A stretch of DNA of 59,509 bases from an uncultured Verrucomicrobiae bacterium (GCA_963828525.1 CAWHEP010000013.1:1-59509); one strand, 5' to 3'. Counted from the first letter of the stretch, positions 1 to 14,781 are shown. Notes: a model not told the origin generated them from the sequence alone. Numbers and translations are program-made.

Positions 1-3166
<3,166 letters not shown>

Positions 3167-3205
3167 CGGAACGGCGCGAGTCGCGCGCCATCGCTCCCAC
3201 ACGGT

Positions 3206-5570
3206 TCAACGGCCTTTTTCCTGCATCCGAACTGGCGAAGCATCGAGATGGTCCAGCACGATAGCCTCCCCGGCGCCATATCTCCCAAAGCTTAGGACTC
3301 CAGTGGGACACTGTTGCACGCAGGCGGAACAACGCACGCACTCCGGATCCTGCATGGGCAGTCCTTTGTTCGCGAAGTTCATGACGTCGATGCCCTGATG
3401 GCAAACGGAGGTGCAGACATTGCAGGAGATGCACTTTGACTTCTCCGGGAATATTCGGAATCGCGAGAATCGCGCGTATATGTGCATGAGGGCGGCCAGG
3501 GGGCAGCCAAACCGGCACCAGACGCGTCCGCTGAACCAGAAATAGAAGCCAACACCGATCAAGCCGCCGAGGAAGATGTCAACCGACCATGAGTAGTTCA
3601 GGAATGGAATTCCCTCGAACAGCGCCTTGAAAGCTCTTACCCAGAATGATGGCGCCTCCTCCGTGCCAGGATAAATCCAGCCTGCAATTCGCATTGCCAA
3701 AACGACGAAAGCAAACAGCAAAGTGCCCTGCCCCAGCATGTTCACCCGATTCCACAATGGACCGTGTGGCATCTTCTGGCGCTGCGTATCGCCCAACGTC
3801 TCGGCAAGCGCGCCGCACGAGCAGATCCATCCGCAATACGCGCCTTTTCCCCAGCGAAAGATGAGGAGAGGGATAATGACAAATGTCTGCAAGGCGGAGA
3901 TTCCCAGCCACAGCCACATCGGCCTCTCAGTGAACACGTTGTAAACGTTCAGGGGGAACGCGAGTATGAAGCCGTAACTCCGCCAGTAAGCGCGCTCGTG
4001 TCCAGCCTCCCCATCGTAGCTTTCGAAAAGGTTGTCGGCGAGCCAGCGGAGCGGATGTCCCGCCTCGAACCAGCCGTTCCTACCCATCCATGGCAGGAAA
4101 ATCTCAGGCAGCAAAAATAGCGGGAGACATTGGAAGAACATGAGCGTGAGGGTCTGCAGCGTCACGTAGGGAGTCTTTCTCCGCCTGATTCTTCGGATCC
4201 CAAACCCCACGACGCACGCGCAGTAAGCCAGCGTGTAGTAGAAGGACGGCTTTTGCAGGCCGTCTTTGAGGGTGTAAAGGATGTTCGTCTCGCGCCGCGC
4301 CGCATCGGCCATTTCTTCAACCATGGCTTCAGGTTAAATGGAAAGAGGTGGTGCTGGTGGAAATACTGCTGAACCGCGAACTCCTGGGGATGGTTGCTCT
4401 TGAAGTGATACAAGAAAACGCAGAACAGAAAAAAAAGCGCGAAGCTGATCCATGTGGCGGGTCTCCATTCCCCCCGGATGCGGATGCCTGACCGCCTGAA
4501 GAAATCCAGAGGCGCCTCCCGTCCGATCATCGTGAAGACTGCGTCGTTCGCGAAGACTTACTTCCTTCTTCTCGCTGTTCGTAATAGGACCCGAACCCTG
4601 CTCGATCTTCCGAATCACGGAGCCGAGTTCCATTGTCACCGAGCCAGCCTTTTTGCCTTCCCTCATCCATGAGTCCGCCGCTGTCGTCACTCTCTCTGAA
4701 CTTGGATTTTCGATGCTGACGGCCGCCTCCGGGTTTGCTGCCAGCCTTTGAGTTTTTCGATGTTCTCCGGTTTGGACGGGAGAACTCCGGCTTGCGGTGC
4801 GACAGGGTGACGCAAGCGCCGGTCAACGCAAGCGCGATGGCCGTCTCCAATGCCGAATCGCCTCCCCCGACGACCAGCACGTTTTTGCCATGGAATTCCT
4901 TGGGATCGAACAAACGGTTGTAAACCTTATCAAGCTCTTCTCCCGGACAGCCAAGCTTCCGGAAATTTCCGCTTCGCCCGATGGCGATGATAACCCTCCG
5001 CGCTCTCGCGACTTCGGACTTCGCGTCCCGCAGGATCAAAGACGCGCCTTTTCTTTCGATCCTATCGATTTTTACCGCTTCAGGCTCAATGCCTGCGTCC
5101 TTGCGCTGCTTCTCCATCTCGGCCAGCAGGCCCTCTTTCACATCGGCCGTGAATCGCAGACCGCCGTCCAGCTTCATCTCGGTGGGGTAAGTGTAAATCG
5201 GTTTTCCCTTGGGAAAATTCGCCACAGTGGAGAATATCTGAGATGCTTCGAATATCTTGTAGCTGAGACCCGCTCTCGCTGCTTCGATCGCGGCGGAGAT
5301 TCCAGACACGCCGGCCCCGACGATCACCAGATCCAGCAGGTCCGCATTTTTCCCGGCAAGGAACCCCGGCTCCTTCAATATCTCACGCACGGCTCCCGCG
5401 CCGGTATCCGAAGAGAACTTTAGCAGCGGGATGCCCGTGAGGTCGCCGACGATTCGCACACCCGGGATCGAGGTTACGCCATGCGCACCGCACTCAGGCA
5501 GCTTCTCGACTGTGCCCGCTGGCCAGCGGGTATGGAGCCAGTGCGCATAAGCGCCGATGAGCGGAATCAT
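3206..5570 (-). CDS. Membrane-bound FAD/NAD(P)-dependent oxidoreductase (TrxB/FNR-like) fused to a polytopic 4Fe-4S-binding domain; frameshifted over ORFs 4527-5570, 4334-4690, 4162-4530 and 3206-4324
   Basis: VGAGVSG and VGGGDSA Rossmann motifs, then TM helices, CGWICSCG, CRFGCP, CISCNVCTSVC and CVRCSACVQQCP. The overlapping ORFs join logically. Confidence 0.8.
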
Positions 5571-5631
5571 TTAGTTTCTTAGACAGCGGGGACAACCGCC
5601 GATCTCCACTACAGATTCCGAGACGATGACT

Positions 5632-6154
5632 TTATTCCCGCATCTTTTCGTAGTCGCCGGTCTTCTCCGGCGGTGGCCCGGAACGAAACTCGCTGTGGCG
5701 CACCTGCCCCCCGGAAAAACCGATCCAGCCTCCGACTCCGCATGCGACGAGAGTGAGGAGGAGGGTGACCCACGAAAGAGGCAGCGAGGACCTGGGGAAT
5801 CGCCACGGAACCACCAGTGCAACAGCCGCCACGGCGGTCAGGATATAAAATACAAAGATGAACCGAGTGGCCCGCTGGGCATGAGCATCAAGCCACTCAT
5901 ATCCCGCCTTACTTGAAAGCGACTCGACACGGTCATAACCCCTGCTCGCCAAGTATTTTCACTGGCCATGCGGAACCCGCGCTCACGAAGATGATCGCGA
6001 GGGCAGTAACGTGCGCCGCCCGGCTCCTTGAAATGATGGCAATCCCCAAGGCGAGAGCCCCCAGGAAAAGCCCATAAACAGGCAGAGGGTTTAACAGGAC
6101 GTGGAGATACTCCGGCTCGCTGAGGTGCTGCTTCAGCAGCTCAAACGAGATCAT
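5632..6154 (-). CDS. Membrane protein, DUF2231-like; frameshifted
   Basis: ORFs 5933-6154 and 5632-5952 give about 4 TM helices with the conserved His motifs HVLLNPLP, DAH and GGQVRHSEFR. Confidence 0.65.
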
Positions 6155-6187
6155 CCTGTCGGCGAAGAACTTGCCTGACCCTGCGCT

Positions 6188-6556
6188 CTACTTTGTAACG
6201 ATCTCTGCGTTCTCGAGAAGATTGATCCCGTCGCGAGACTTCACCTTGCCTTGCAGAGTCACCGTCTTGCCCGCTTCAGGAGCGAGCTGCGCGTTCAAAG
6301 GCTTGTGAGCACCGACCACAAGATAGACCTTCCCGTCCTCGCCCTTGATCCCAACAGGAAGGCCGCTCGAGATGCACTTCTCGGCGCAACCTGCATGTTT
6401 TTCACCGGAAGCGCCGTGGTCGGTATAACAAGCGAGATCGAGGATCTCGCCCTTGATCTGGGTTGTTTCAGCAGCGGCTTCATCAGCCGCGCGAGCGCCG
6501 CCAGGAATGAGAGAGACGACGCCGACCGCGAGCAGACTGGAGAGTAGTTTTTTCAT
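6188..6556 (-). CDS. Small secreted protein with a Cys/His motif
   Basis: Signal peptide MKKLLSSLLAVG...ARA, followed by GEILDLACY...HAGCAEKCISSGLP. Confidence 0.75.
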   Translation of the reverse strand: MKKLLSSLLAVGVVSLIPGGARAADEAAAETTQIKGEILDLACYTDHGASGEKHAGCAEKCISSGLPVGIKGEDGKVYLVVGAHKPLNAQLAPEAGKTVTLQGKVKSRDGINLLENAEIVTK

Positions 6557-6624
6557 ATTTGTATTCTGTTGGAGCTGTTTAGACAGAGGATTACGAGAAC
6601 GGTTCAAAGAGGGTTGCATTTAGT

Positions 6625-7056
6625 TCATCCCTTCCTGGAAGACATCTTCACCACTTCATCGAACTCCGCCGCGGTGACAGGCATGACCGAGAGCCTCGAC
6701 TGACGGACCAGCGCCATCTTCGCGAGCTTACCGTTTGCCTTCACCTCTTCCAAAGTCACTGGGCGCTCAAGAGCGCTGACCGGCGCAATGTCCACGCAAA
6801 TCCACGCGCCTTCCGTTGCCGTCGGGTCTGGATAGGCCTCCCTCGCCACAACCGCGATGCCGACAATCGCCTTACCCACCACGCTATGGTAGAAGAGAAC
6901 GCGGTCTCCGATCCGCATTGTCTCGAGGTTTTTCCTCGCCTGAAAACTCCGCACTCCTGTCCAAGCGGTCTTGCCATCGGCGACCAAGTCATCCCAGCCA
7001 TACGCGGTCGGCTCCTGCTTTACCAGCCAATGAGCGCGTGTTTCCGAGGGCGTCAT
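6625..7056 (-). CDS. EVE domain protein
   Basis: HWLVKQEP, WTGVRSFQARKNL, GDRVLFYHS and RQSRLSV motifs. Confidence 0.93.
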   Translation of the reverse strand: MTPSETRAHWLVKQEPTAYGWDDLVADGKTAWTGVRSFQARKNLETMRIGDRVLFYHSVVGKAIVGIAVVAREAYPDPTATEGAWICVDIAPVSALERPVTLEEVKANGKLAKMALVRQSRLSVMPVTAAEFDEVVKMSSRKG

Positions 7057-7108
7057 TGCGGGAGTTTAACTGTCCGAGCCAGACCCGGCAAGAACTAGCA
7101 GACGGCGC

Positions 7109-8979
7109 CTATCTGGCGGGAGCGCCGGCGGCCATCGCGGGAGTTCTCCAAAGGGCCGCGAGGCGCTCCGAAAGACGCTTGGGGTTTTGGATTGGGGCTG
7201 AGCACGTTCCGTTACCGCATACATAAGCCGCGGGCGCGGGAAGTTTCGGCAATTCCACATCCGAACGGGGGAGAGCTCCTTCAGCCGGGTCGAGCCACTC
7301 CAGACGCGTTGAGGTGGGCAACCCGCGCAGCGCGGCGTTGAAAAGCGCGCGCGCGGCAGCATCCGCCTTGCCTCCAACCACTGTGACATGCGGTGGATCA
7401 CCAGCCAATTCGTGATCCACCAGCAGCAAACCGCCCGTTGCGTAGCCTTGAGAGGCCACCACGGCGGGGGCCGCGAGAAACGCATCGCGTGCTCAGACAT
7501 CGCGCGCTGTGGCGCCACGCCCGTGTGTGAGGAAAGAAGACGCGCAAACCGGGCCAGATCGATATTTTCCTCGACTTGAGGAGCGGGCCGAAAGATCGCG
7601 CCCGGCGCAGCCACCGCCGTGGCAAAGCCGACCGGGGCGCGGAAGTGGGCGTCGATAAAGCGAGCCGCCAGCTCCGCCCGCGCCAGCCACGACCGCTGGG
7701 CGGTGACTGTGTAAAGCGCAAGAAACGCGCGGGCCATCGCCAGAGTGTCGGCGAGGAACGGACCAGCGACATCCTCTGTGTCGTGCCGGTATCCTCCGTC
7801 GCGCGTCTCACGATGAGCAATCACCCATCCCGCGGCGCGCTTTGCTTCAACAAGACACGCTTCATCGCCAGTGGCAGCGTACAGCGCGCACAGACCTGTG
7901 ATCGCGAGCCCATTCTCACGCGAGTAAATATGTTTGTCGATTCGCGGGATACCGAGCTTTCGCCGCTCGGCATCGTTGAGCGCAAAATACTTGCGGGCCA
8001 CCGTGCCGTCGACGAGATCCGCGTCCTGGCTGGTGTAGAAAGCTCCGTCCGGGGATGTGAGGAAATCGCGCAGGTAGCGATGGATGGCGCGCGCAGGTTC
8101 CAGCCACTTCGGACCGGCGAGAAGCGTGGCCGCGAGAGCGAAGACTCGCATATTCTCGGCTTGAAACGGCATGATCTTCTCAAAATGCGGGTGTTCCCAG
8201 TCTCCATCCGTTGAGTATTGGAAAACTCCACCCCAGACAGTATCCAGCAGCTTCAGACCGGATGTGAGCGTCTGTTCCGCCCGGCGGGTCATTGCGTTAT
8301 CCCCTTCAGCGCCCTTCACCAGGCACCACTCGATGGCGTTCCAGTCGAGATAATGATGCGTATCCCCCCAGCCGCCCCGTTGCGAATCGTAAGCAGCCTC
8401 AAAGCTCGCTTCAGCGGCTGAGCGGTTCGCTGCCGAAAGCGCGCCTGCCGGCGCGGCGATGATCGCGGGTACGGACTGCACCGAAGGGCCGGGGCGCGGA
8501 TCATCAGCGAATGCCTGCAACATGGCTGCCATTGCTCTTGGAGGCAGATACCCGCGCCGCTTGGCGAGTTCGCCGCCATCGCCATCAAAGATGACTGTCG
8601 CCGGCCAGCCATAGTTCTCGTACCGGTTTGCAAGGTCGGGCCGCGCGTCCGCGTCAACGCGAACAGCGATATACTTCGCGTGAATCAGCGAGACCACCGA
8701 AGCGTCACTATAGGTCACCGTATCCATGACGTGGCACCAGTGACACCACGAAGTGCCCAGATCCAGCAGCACGAGCTTATGCTCGGCGCGCGCGCTGGAA
8801 AGAATTTCCCGCGACCAGGGCCTCCAATTAATGGTTTGAGCAGCTTGGGACTGGCCGCCCGCATTGAGAGACGCGACGCAGGTGAAAGCCAGCGAAGCGA
8901 GGACCGACCCAAGCGTCGAATGGATTGAGGAGGAGATTGGAGCGTGATTCAAAAAGTCGTGCCGCCGAGGGCCCTGCAT
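7109..8979 (-). CDS. Thioredoxin-domain protein YyaL/DUF255 (SPATA20-like); C-terminus frameshifted into ORF 7109-7462
   Basis: WCHWCHVMD, PHFEK, GAFYTSQDAD and C-terminal AYVCGNGTCSAP motifs. Confidence 0.88.
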
Positions 8980-9020
8980 CCGTCGAGCAGCAAAGGGACA
9001 CGCAAATAATCGGAGAACAA

Positions 9021-10499
9021 TTATTGCGCCTGATTCCTGTCAGCTAGATCGGGATTATCCGTGCGAAAGGGCACGGCGGGCAAACCGGCTTTGTTGAAAA
9101 AATTCGGCTGGGCAGATTCATCCCAGGCAAACCGCACTACCTTTGGCACCGCAACTTGTGGGCTGGTGACCACCACTGTATCCCCTTCAATCTCAGCTAC
9201 ACCAGGGACAAACTTCCCGTCCGCGCCGGAAATGGTAAACCAATCCAGCGGGCGGGCGTCCTTTGAGACCAAACCGCCGCCAATGTGATCGAAGCGCAGG
9301 ACGGCTTTGCTTCCTTTGACCTCCATCCGGCGGAAAAAGGGGCCTGATACTTCAATGCCCTTTCGTCCATATTCATTCACGAGCGCCCACGCCGCGAGGC
9401 GCTCCCCCACGCTCTTCTTGTCACGGGGATGAAAGTCGGAAAGGTCATCCGCCAGATCGGTGGTAACCACCATGCCGGTGTGGGGGATTTTGAGAGATGC
9501 CGTCTGCGCCTCCCACAATCGGGGTTCCGCTTCCGTTGAACTTACTTTGGCCGCTCGGATGGTATGATACCGGAGAGGCGCAATCTGCACGAAATAGAAG
9601 GGCCAATCCTGCTTCCAATCTGCCCGCCAGCCATTCACCAGCGCGGTCATTTTGTCAGCGTAGTTTTTCCCGTAGTCGAGATAAACGTTGGATTCACCCT
9701 GATACCAAAGAGTGCCGCGCAACGCGAAAGGGATCAGTGGCCGAATCATCCCTTCGTAACACGTTGACAGGACGGTATCATCCACTTTGGCGCCGGGGGT
9801 ATGACTCGCCGCCGCGAAGTCCGCGAGAGAGGGAACAAGCCCAAAGCCTCCTGGGGAGATCCACAACTCGATGCGCGTGCCGCCGTAGCTGGAGTCAATG
9901 ACGCCGATAGGCACATTCAATTCATGGTACAGCTTGCGAGCGAAAAAATAGCCGGCAGCGGAAAACTTGCTTGCGTCCAGCGACGCCGGAGAACATGGAG
10001 CCCATGCCGCATTAAAGTCGCGTTCAGGCGCGGACTTCATAGCTTTCGGCACTTTTAGCAGGCGGATGAGCGGGTAATTCGCCGCCTTAATCTCCTCTTC
10101 ATAGTTGAGGACGGGCTTTTGCCCCTGCTGCAGGCCGAGGGGTTTTTCCATGTTGGACTGGCCCGAGCAAAGCCAGACTTCCCCTACAACGACATCCTGG
10201 AAGCGGACAGTATCATGCCCCGAGACCCGCATCTCCGCAGGCTGGGTTGATACCGCAAGCGCATCCAGCTTCACTTCCCATCTGCCCTCTCCATCAAGAG
10301 CTTTCGTCTGCTTGGTCTGGCCGGCGAAGGTGACCGTCACCGCTTCTCCGGGTGTAGCCCATCCCCACACGGGAACGGGTCGGCCGGTCTGCAGAACCAT
10401 GTGATCGCCAAAGACGCGCGGGAGCGTCAGTGCCGAGGAAGGGTTCTGCCAAAGAAAACCGGCGACGAGGGCGAGAAAAAAACGATGCAGGCTCTTCAT
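9021..10499 (-). CDS. Sialate O-acetylesterase (SASA/9-O-acetylesterase family), secreted
   Basis: GEVWLCSGQSNM, LWYQGESN and DFHPRDK motifs, plus a signal peptide. Confidence 0.92.
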   Translation of the reverse strand: MKSLHRFFLALVAGFLWQNPSSALTLPRVFGDHMVLQTGRPVPVWGWATPGEAVTVTFAGQTKQTKALDGEGRWEVKLDALAVSTQPAEMRVSGHDTVRFQDVVVGEVWLCSGQSNMEKPLGLQQGQKPVLNYEEEIKAANYPLIRLLKVPKAMKSAPERDFNAAWAPCSPASLDASKFSAAGYFFARKLYHELNVPIGVIDSSYGGTRIELWISPGGFGLVPSLADFAAASHTPGAKVDDTVLSTCYEGMIRPLIPFALRGTLWYQGESNVYLDYGKNYADKMTALVNGWRADWKQDWPFYFVQIAPLRYHTIRAAKVSSTEAEPRLWEAQTASLKIPHTGMVVTTDLADDLSDFHPRDKKSVGERLAAWALVNEYGRKGIEVSGPFFRRMEVKGSKAVLRFDHIGGGLVSKDARPLDWFTISGADGKFVPGVAEIEGDTVVVTSPQVAVPKVVRFAWDESAQPNFFNKAGLPAVPFRTDNPDLADRNQAQ

Positions 10500-10554
10500 T
10501 CCCGCGCTGAATTCACGTTTTCGGTGGCACAGAGCGCCGCTGGGAGAACGACTC

Positions 10555-10866
10555 CTACTTCCCGTGAGCGGAAATGTGGTCGGCTTTGGCCGGATCGGTG
10601 CCTGCGGAGACGGAAGCCTTCATGCCAACACTGAGAGCGTCCACTTTCGCCTCACTGCCGTCGATCTCAACCGTGGTGTCGGGTGTAATGGCGTAGGTAT
10701 GGTCAGTATGCTTTCCTCCTCCGATGGTGATGGAGGTGGCGCTTACCGACATAATCTGAGTCTCCGTGATCTTTGCATAGGCCTTTTTTAGGCCTTTCGC
10801 CATGGAAGCAGGACTGCTGGCAAGCATGAGACACAGGACGGGAATGAGGAATTTGAGGGGGTTCAT
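10555..10866 (-). CDS. Small secreted beta-rich protein (DUF5666-like)
   Basis: Signal peptide MNPLKFLIPVLCLMLA and the pattern ITPDTTVEIDG...LSVGMKASV. Confidence 0.6.
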   Translation of the reverse strand: MNPLKFLIPVLCLMLASSPASMAKGLKKAYAKITETQIMSVSATSITIGGGKHTDHTYAITPDTTVEIDGSEAKVDALSVGMKASVSAGTDPAKADHISAHGK

Positions 10867-10943
10867 ACGTCGATTATTCCGGGTGCGTTCTGCCTTTTCA
10901 AGAGATATGTAAAAAAATAGCCGAGGCCCAAGGAGAAAGCCCA

Positions 10944-11375
10944 TTAGTAGATGTACGGTTCCGGCAAACTAAACGCATTTTGCAAAACATTTATTGCGGG
11001 ACCTTCCGGCTTCATCACGATCTCCACGATGTCGAACCGGAACAGAATTTCCGGATTGTTCAGCATCCCCAGCCATGCCAGCGCTCCTCGCGAGATCAGG
11101 CGCTGTTTCTTCAGGTTTACAGCATTTGCGGGATCGCCAAACTCGTCGGATGAGCGCGTTTTCACCTCTACAAAGACGAGGGTGTCGCCATCCCGGCAAA
11201 CGATATCCACTTCCCCTCCCCTCGGCGCGCGAAAGTTTCGCCGCAGGATTTTGCAACCTCGCTTCTGTAAGGCAGCAGCCGCCATTTCCTCGCCTCGCCT
11301 CCCAATTTCGCGACGCGGATCTTCTGTGACATCCTTCGACTTCGCGCGACGGAAGAGATTCCAGGCAAGCGGCAT
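10944..11375 (-). CDS. yraN: YraN/UPF0102 family endonuclease
   Basis: GRRGEE, GEVDIV, FVEVKTR and RFDIV motifs; lies directly after rnhB. Confidence 0.92.
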   Translation of the reverse strand: MPLAWNLFRRAKSKDVTEDPRREIGRRGEEMAAAALQKRGCKILRRNFRAPRGGEVDIVCRDGDTLVFVEVKTRSSDEFGDPANAVNLKKQRLISRGALAWLGMLNNPEILFRFDIVEIVMKPEGPAINVLQNAFSLPEPYIY

Positions 11376-11376
11376 C

Positions 11377-11994
11377 TCAAAAAGGAAGATATGTCTGAGC
11401 GACGGGCGAGAAAGATCGGCGATGGATGGGACAAGGCCCGCGCGATTGAAGGCGGGCCATGTGGAGCGTGGTGCAGTAGCCTTTGTGCTGGGCGAACTCA
11501 TACCCGGGGTAGCGCGCGTCCATCTCCACCATGATGCGGTCGCGAGTTACTTTCGCGATCACGCTCGCCGCCGCGATACTGAAGCTTTGGCAATCGCCGT
11601 CGATGACGGCAGTGTGCGGCAAAGGGAAGGGATGCACGGGCAAGCCATCGATGAGCGCGTGCTGAGCGGGCGGGAACAATGCGGAGACGGCGCGACGCAT
11701 CGCTTCCTGGCTGGCGCGGAGAATATTCCAGAGATCGATCTCCTCCGTGTCGATCACGCTCACCGCCCAACAGACTTTCGGGCTTTGCGTCAGTTGAGAA
11801 TAGATTTCCTCGCGGCGCGCCTCACTAAGCTGCTTTGAATCCTTTAGCGTCTTATGCCTGAAGCGGGCAGGCAGCATGACTGCGGCGGCAACCACAGGAC
11901 CTGCCATCGGGCCGCGACCAGCCTCGTCTATCCCGGCGATCTTATCGACGCCGATTTTATGGAGTTTTCTCTCGTGCCGGAGGCCGCAGATCAC
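11377..11994 (-). CDS. rnhB: Ribonuclease HII
   Basis: GIDEAGRG, DSKQL, IAAASVIAKVTRD and HKGY motifs. Confidence 0.96.
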   Translation of the reverse strand: MICGLRHERKLHKIGVDKIAGIDEAGRGPMAGPVVAAAVMLPARFRHKTLKDSKQLSEARREEIYSQLTQSPKVCWAVSVIDTEEIDLWNILRASQEAMRRAVSALFPPAQHALIDGLPVHPFPLPHTAVIDGDCQSFSIAAASVIAKVTRDRIMVEMDARYPGYEFAQHKGYCTTLHMARLQSRGPCPIHRRSFSPVAQTYLPF

Positions 11995-12030
11995 ATGCCG
12001 TCAGGATAGAGAAAAAAACGAAACGACCGG

Positions 12031-12375
12031 TCAGGCCTTCTCGCGAACCGCCATGGCCTGCTTGCCCTTGCGGTCCCGGAGATAATTCAGTTTTGAGCGG
12101 CGCGAAGCGCCAGCCTTTTCAACTTCGATTTTCGCGATGCGGGGCGAGTTGACGGGGAACACCCTTTCGACTCCCTCGCCATACGAGATTCGGCGGACGG
12201 TAAAGTTCTTGTTGATGCCGATTCCCTTGCGGCCAATGACGATGCCGGTGAAAATCTGTATGCGCTCTTTGTCACCTTCCACGACGCGCGTATGCACTCT
12301 GACGCTGTCTCCGATGTTGAAGTTCGTGACGTCGGTTCTAATCTGTTCCTGTTCAATCGCGTTTATGATGTTCAT
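12031..12375 (-). CDS. rplS: 50S ribosomal protein L19
   Basis: [12 protein letters not shown] and [17 protein letters not shown] motifs. Confidence 0.98.
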   Translation of the reverse strand: MNIINAIEQEQIRTDVTNFNIGDSVRVHTRVVEGDKERIQIFTGIVIGRKGIGINKNFTVRRISYGEGVERVFPVNSPRIAKIEVEKAGASRRSKLNYLRDRKGKQAMAVREKA

Positions 12376-12446
12376 TCCAAAGCCTCCAAGGGCGGTAAAG
12401 AGAAGCGGGTAGTGTTATCCCTGTTTCGAGCGAAAGCAATTTTCTT

Positions 12447-12949
12447 TTGAGCGACATCATCGATCTGCATAGCGACGACTATTTTATGGGGAAGCTCTCC
12501 GGCAGGCGCGGGCAGCCGCGCGAGCCAACGAGGTGCCGGTTGGCGCCGTGGTCACATTTCAGGGGAGAGTCATCGCCCGCGCCTGCAACCAGGTCGAAGC
12601 CTTAAGCGACGCCACCGCGCACGCGGAGATGCTTGCCATCACGCAGGCAGAGAGCGTCCTCGGCGACTGGAGACTCACCGAGTGTGAACTTTATGTCACC
12701 AAAGAGCCCTGCCCAATGTGCGCGGGGGCTATGATCCATACCCGAATCGCCCGGATCATTTTTGGCTGTGGAGATGAACGCGGCGGCGCGGCTGGAGGGC
12801 TGTTGAACATCCTGCAGCACCCTTCTCTGAACCACAGATGCGAAATCACCGCCGGGGTACGAATGCGCGAGTGCCGCGAGATCCTTCAGCAATTCTTTCT
12901 CGCAAGACGGGCGGAGACGCGGGCAAAAAATGGCGGGGATCCTGAGTGA
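12447..12949 (+). CDS. tadA: tRNA adenosine(34) deaminase; N-terminus probably frameshifted in a G run near 12488
   Basis: EVPVGAV, HAE and EPCPMCAG motifs. Upstream DDYFMGEALRQA is recovered by adding one G. Confidence 0.9.
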
Positions 12950-12956
12950 GCGGAAC

Positions 12957-13747
12957 TCAGTGAGGCTCGCTCAACTTCACGCGCTGATCGATGTCGGTGG
13001 CGTCGGGTGGAACGCTCTGGACCGCCCCTTGGTATTCGAGCCGCAAAAACGCCCCCTGAGTGCCGTCCATCTTCACGGAAGTGCCGGACGGCAAGGTAAC
13101 CGAGCCTACAGTCTGCCCGTTTAGTATCGCGGGGAACTCGCAGGGTCGGGCGAGCGCGACGGTCTTCGGCCAAAGGCGGGGACTCTGGCCGAACAAATCC
13201 CAATCAATCACGACGTTCCGCTCTGCCGGACTCGGAAGGATCTGCGTAGCGTGCTGAGGAGAGACCGGGGAGGGCGCGCTTTGAGCGTCTGCATCAGGTT
13301 CTCGCTGGAGTTCAGGGTGGCTGCCGGAGAGTAGATGGCCTAAATACGGCCTTATCTTCTCGTTGAGCTGGCGTCCGGTCTCCTTGCCAGCGCCAATCTC
13401 CAGATAGTAGTACCCTCCTCCTAGCATCAAAAGAATGATCGTGAAGTTCATCGCCCGATCCAGCCATGATTTATCGTTCGATGGGACTTCGCGCGCCCCC
13501 GGGCGGGTGTTTGCAAGGGCTGGACGAAGTGGACTGGGGCTGGCAGAGGCTCCGCCTTGATCTCTTGAAACTTTGGCGCTGGCTGCGCGGCTACTCCCAG
13601 GAGTTCACCAAGGGTTCGCCAGTCCGCGAGGCCCTCGTGCCAGGCAAGATCTTCCCGGAGAAGGGTGCCGTCGCGAAGGTAATCTATCGCAGCCTCGCGA
13701 GAGTACGGCCCGAACTGTTCACCTTCCCTGCTTATGAAGTATTCCAT
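12957..13747 (-). CDS. GYF_2 (DUF4339) domain membrane protein; frameshifted (13448-13747 plus 12957-13451)
   Basis: YFISREGEQFGPYS...WHEGLADW GYF signature, then a TM helix and a C-terminal domain. Confidence 0.75.
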
Positions 13748-13798
13748 ATGTGTCGCCCGCGACCGGCGACAAGCCTTACCATGTTGGTGAGAATCCGT

Positions 13799-13820
13799 CT
13801 GTTACAATCGTGTTACAACC
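13799..13820. promoter_or_regulatory. 11-bp-period direct repeat (Pho-box/OmpR-family-like site)
   Basis: CTGTTACAATC GTGTTACAACC in a divergent intergenic region. Confidence 0.45.
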
Positions 13821-14009
13821 GTCCGAGAACCCGCCGATTCACAAGGAAGCGAGCGCGTTTCACAACCCCGCTGCCGAGAAGGAGTTGCGCAACATCCAAC
13901 CGTTTTCCGGCATTTCAAATCGCCTTGACACGGCCCGGGCAGCCAGTTAGCGCTTCTCCCTGAGAAGACCCCCTGCTGGTCCGGGTCCGAAATCAGCTCA
14001 TCCCAAACA

Positions 14010-14651
14010 ATGAAAATCCTTGCATCCATCTCTGCCATCCTTTTGCTCTCCCTCCCAACTATGCGCGCCGGGGAATCAGCAAGCGCGTCCCTCGCCAAGT
14101 CCGTGGTTGAGGCCGACTTCTCGCCCTACCAGAAAGGGCATCTGGAATTTGACAGCCTTTTCGGCTTGTTCTGTTCCGTGACGGGAAGTCCGGTGGGACA
14201 CCCCGCGTTTAACTACGAATTAAACGCGTTCCGATTTGGATACATGCTGACAGACATCAAGTACAGCGGATTTTTTCGCGGAAATTACGAACTGCTGCTT
14301 GAGGCTTCCGGCGGGCCGGTAACACAAGGACCTGGCAGCTACCTGGTGGGCGGCCAGTTTCAATGGCGGTATAACTTCATCCAATGCGCCTCTCAGAGGA
14401 TAGTTCCCTACGGGCAATTTGGATTTGGTGGCGCCTATAGTGACGCGCACGCCAATCAGAAGCAGGTGGAGCTTGGCTCCGCGGGTGAGTTTAACGAAAC
14501 AGTCTCCATCGGCGCGCATATTTTCCTCACGAAAAGGCTGGCGATTGACGCGGAGGCCGGTTTCCGGCACCTTTCAAACGCGGGTCTCACCTCGCGAAAC
14601 ACCGGCGTCAACACGCTGGGCGGCCTGCTGGGCTTGAGCTACTTTTTCTGA
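14010..14651 (+). CDS. Acyloxyacyl hydrolase/PagL-like outer-membrane beta-barrel (lipid A deacylase family)
   Basis: Signal peptide, amphipathic strands, catalytic HLSNAG motif, NTGVN and a terminal F. Confidence 0.85.
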   Translation: MKILASISAILLLSLPTMRAGESASASLAKSVVEADFSPYQKGHLEFDSLFGLFCSVTGSPVGHPAFNYELNAFRFGYMLTDIKYSGFFRGNYELLLEASGGPVTQGPGSYLVGGQFQWRYNFIQCASQRIVPYGQFGFGGAYSDAHANQKQVELGSAGEFNETVSIGAHIFLTKRLAIDAEAGFRHLSNAGLTSRNTGVNTLGGLLGLSYFF

Positions 14652-14781
14652 ACGCTTGGGTCGCTTCCGAGTGTTGTTTTCCGAGTTTAACCCGGCTCTC
14701 GGCCTGTGTCGTACAGCGATCCTGTCTTCGTGCTCCGACTAAATCCTTTGCAAAGTCGCTTGTGAACCGTACCTCTTTGTT

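Noticed and set aside
13950..14000. CTGAGA..ACCC resembling a TPP riboswitch upstream of the PagL-like gene
   Set aside because: It lacks the GAACCTGA/TAATGC..GCG.AGG core, and the downstream gene is unrelated to thiamine.
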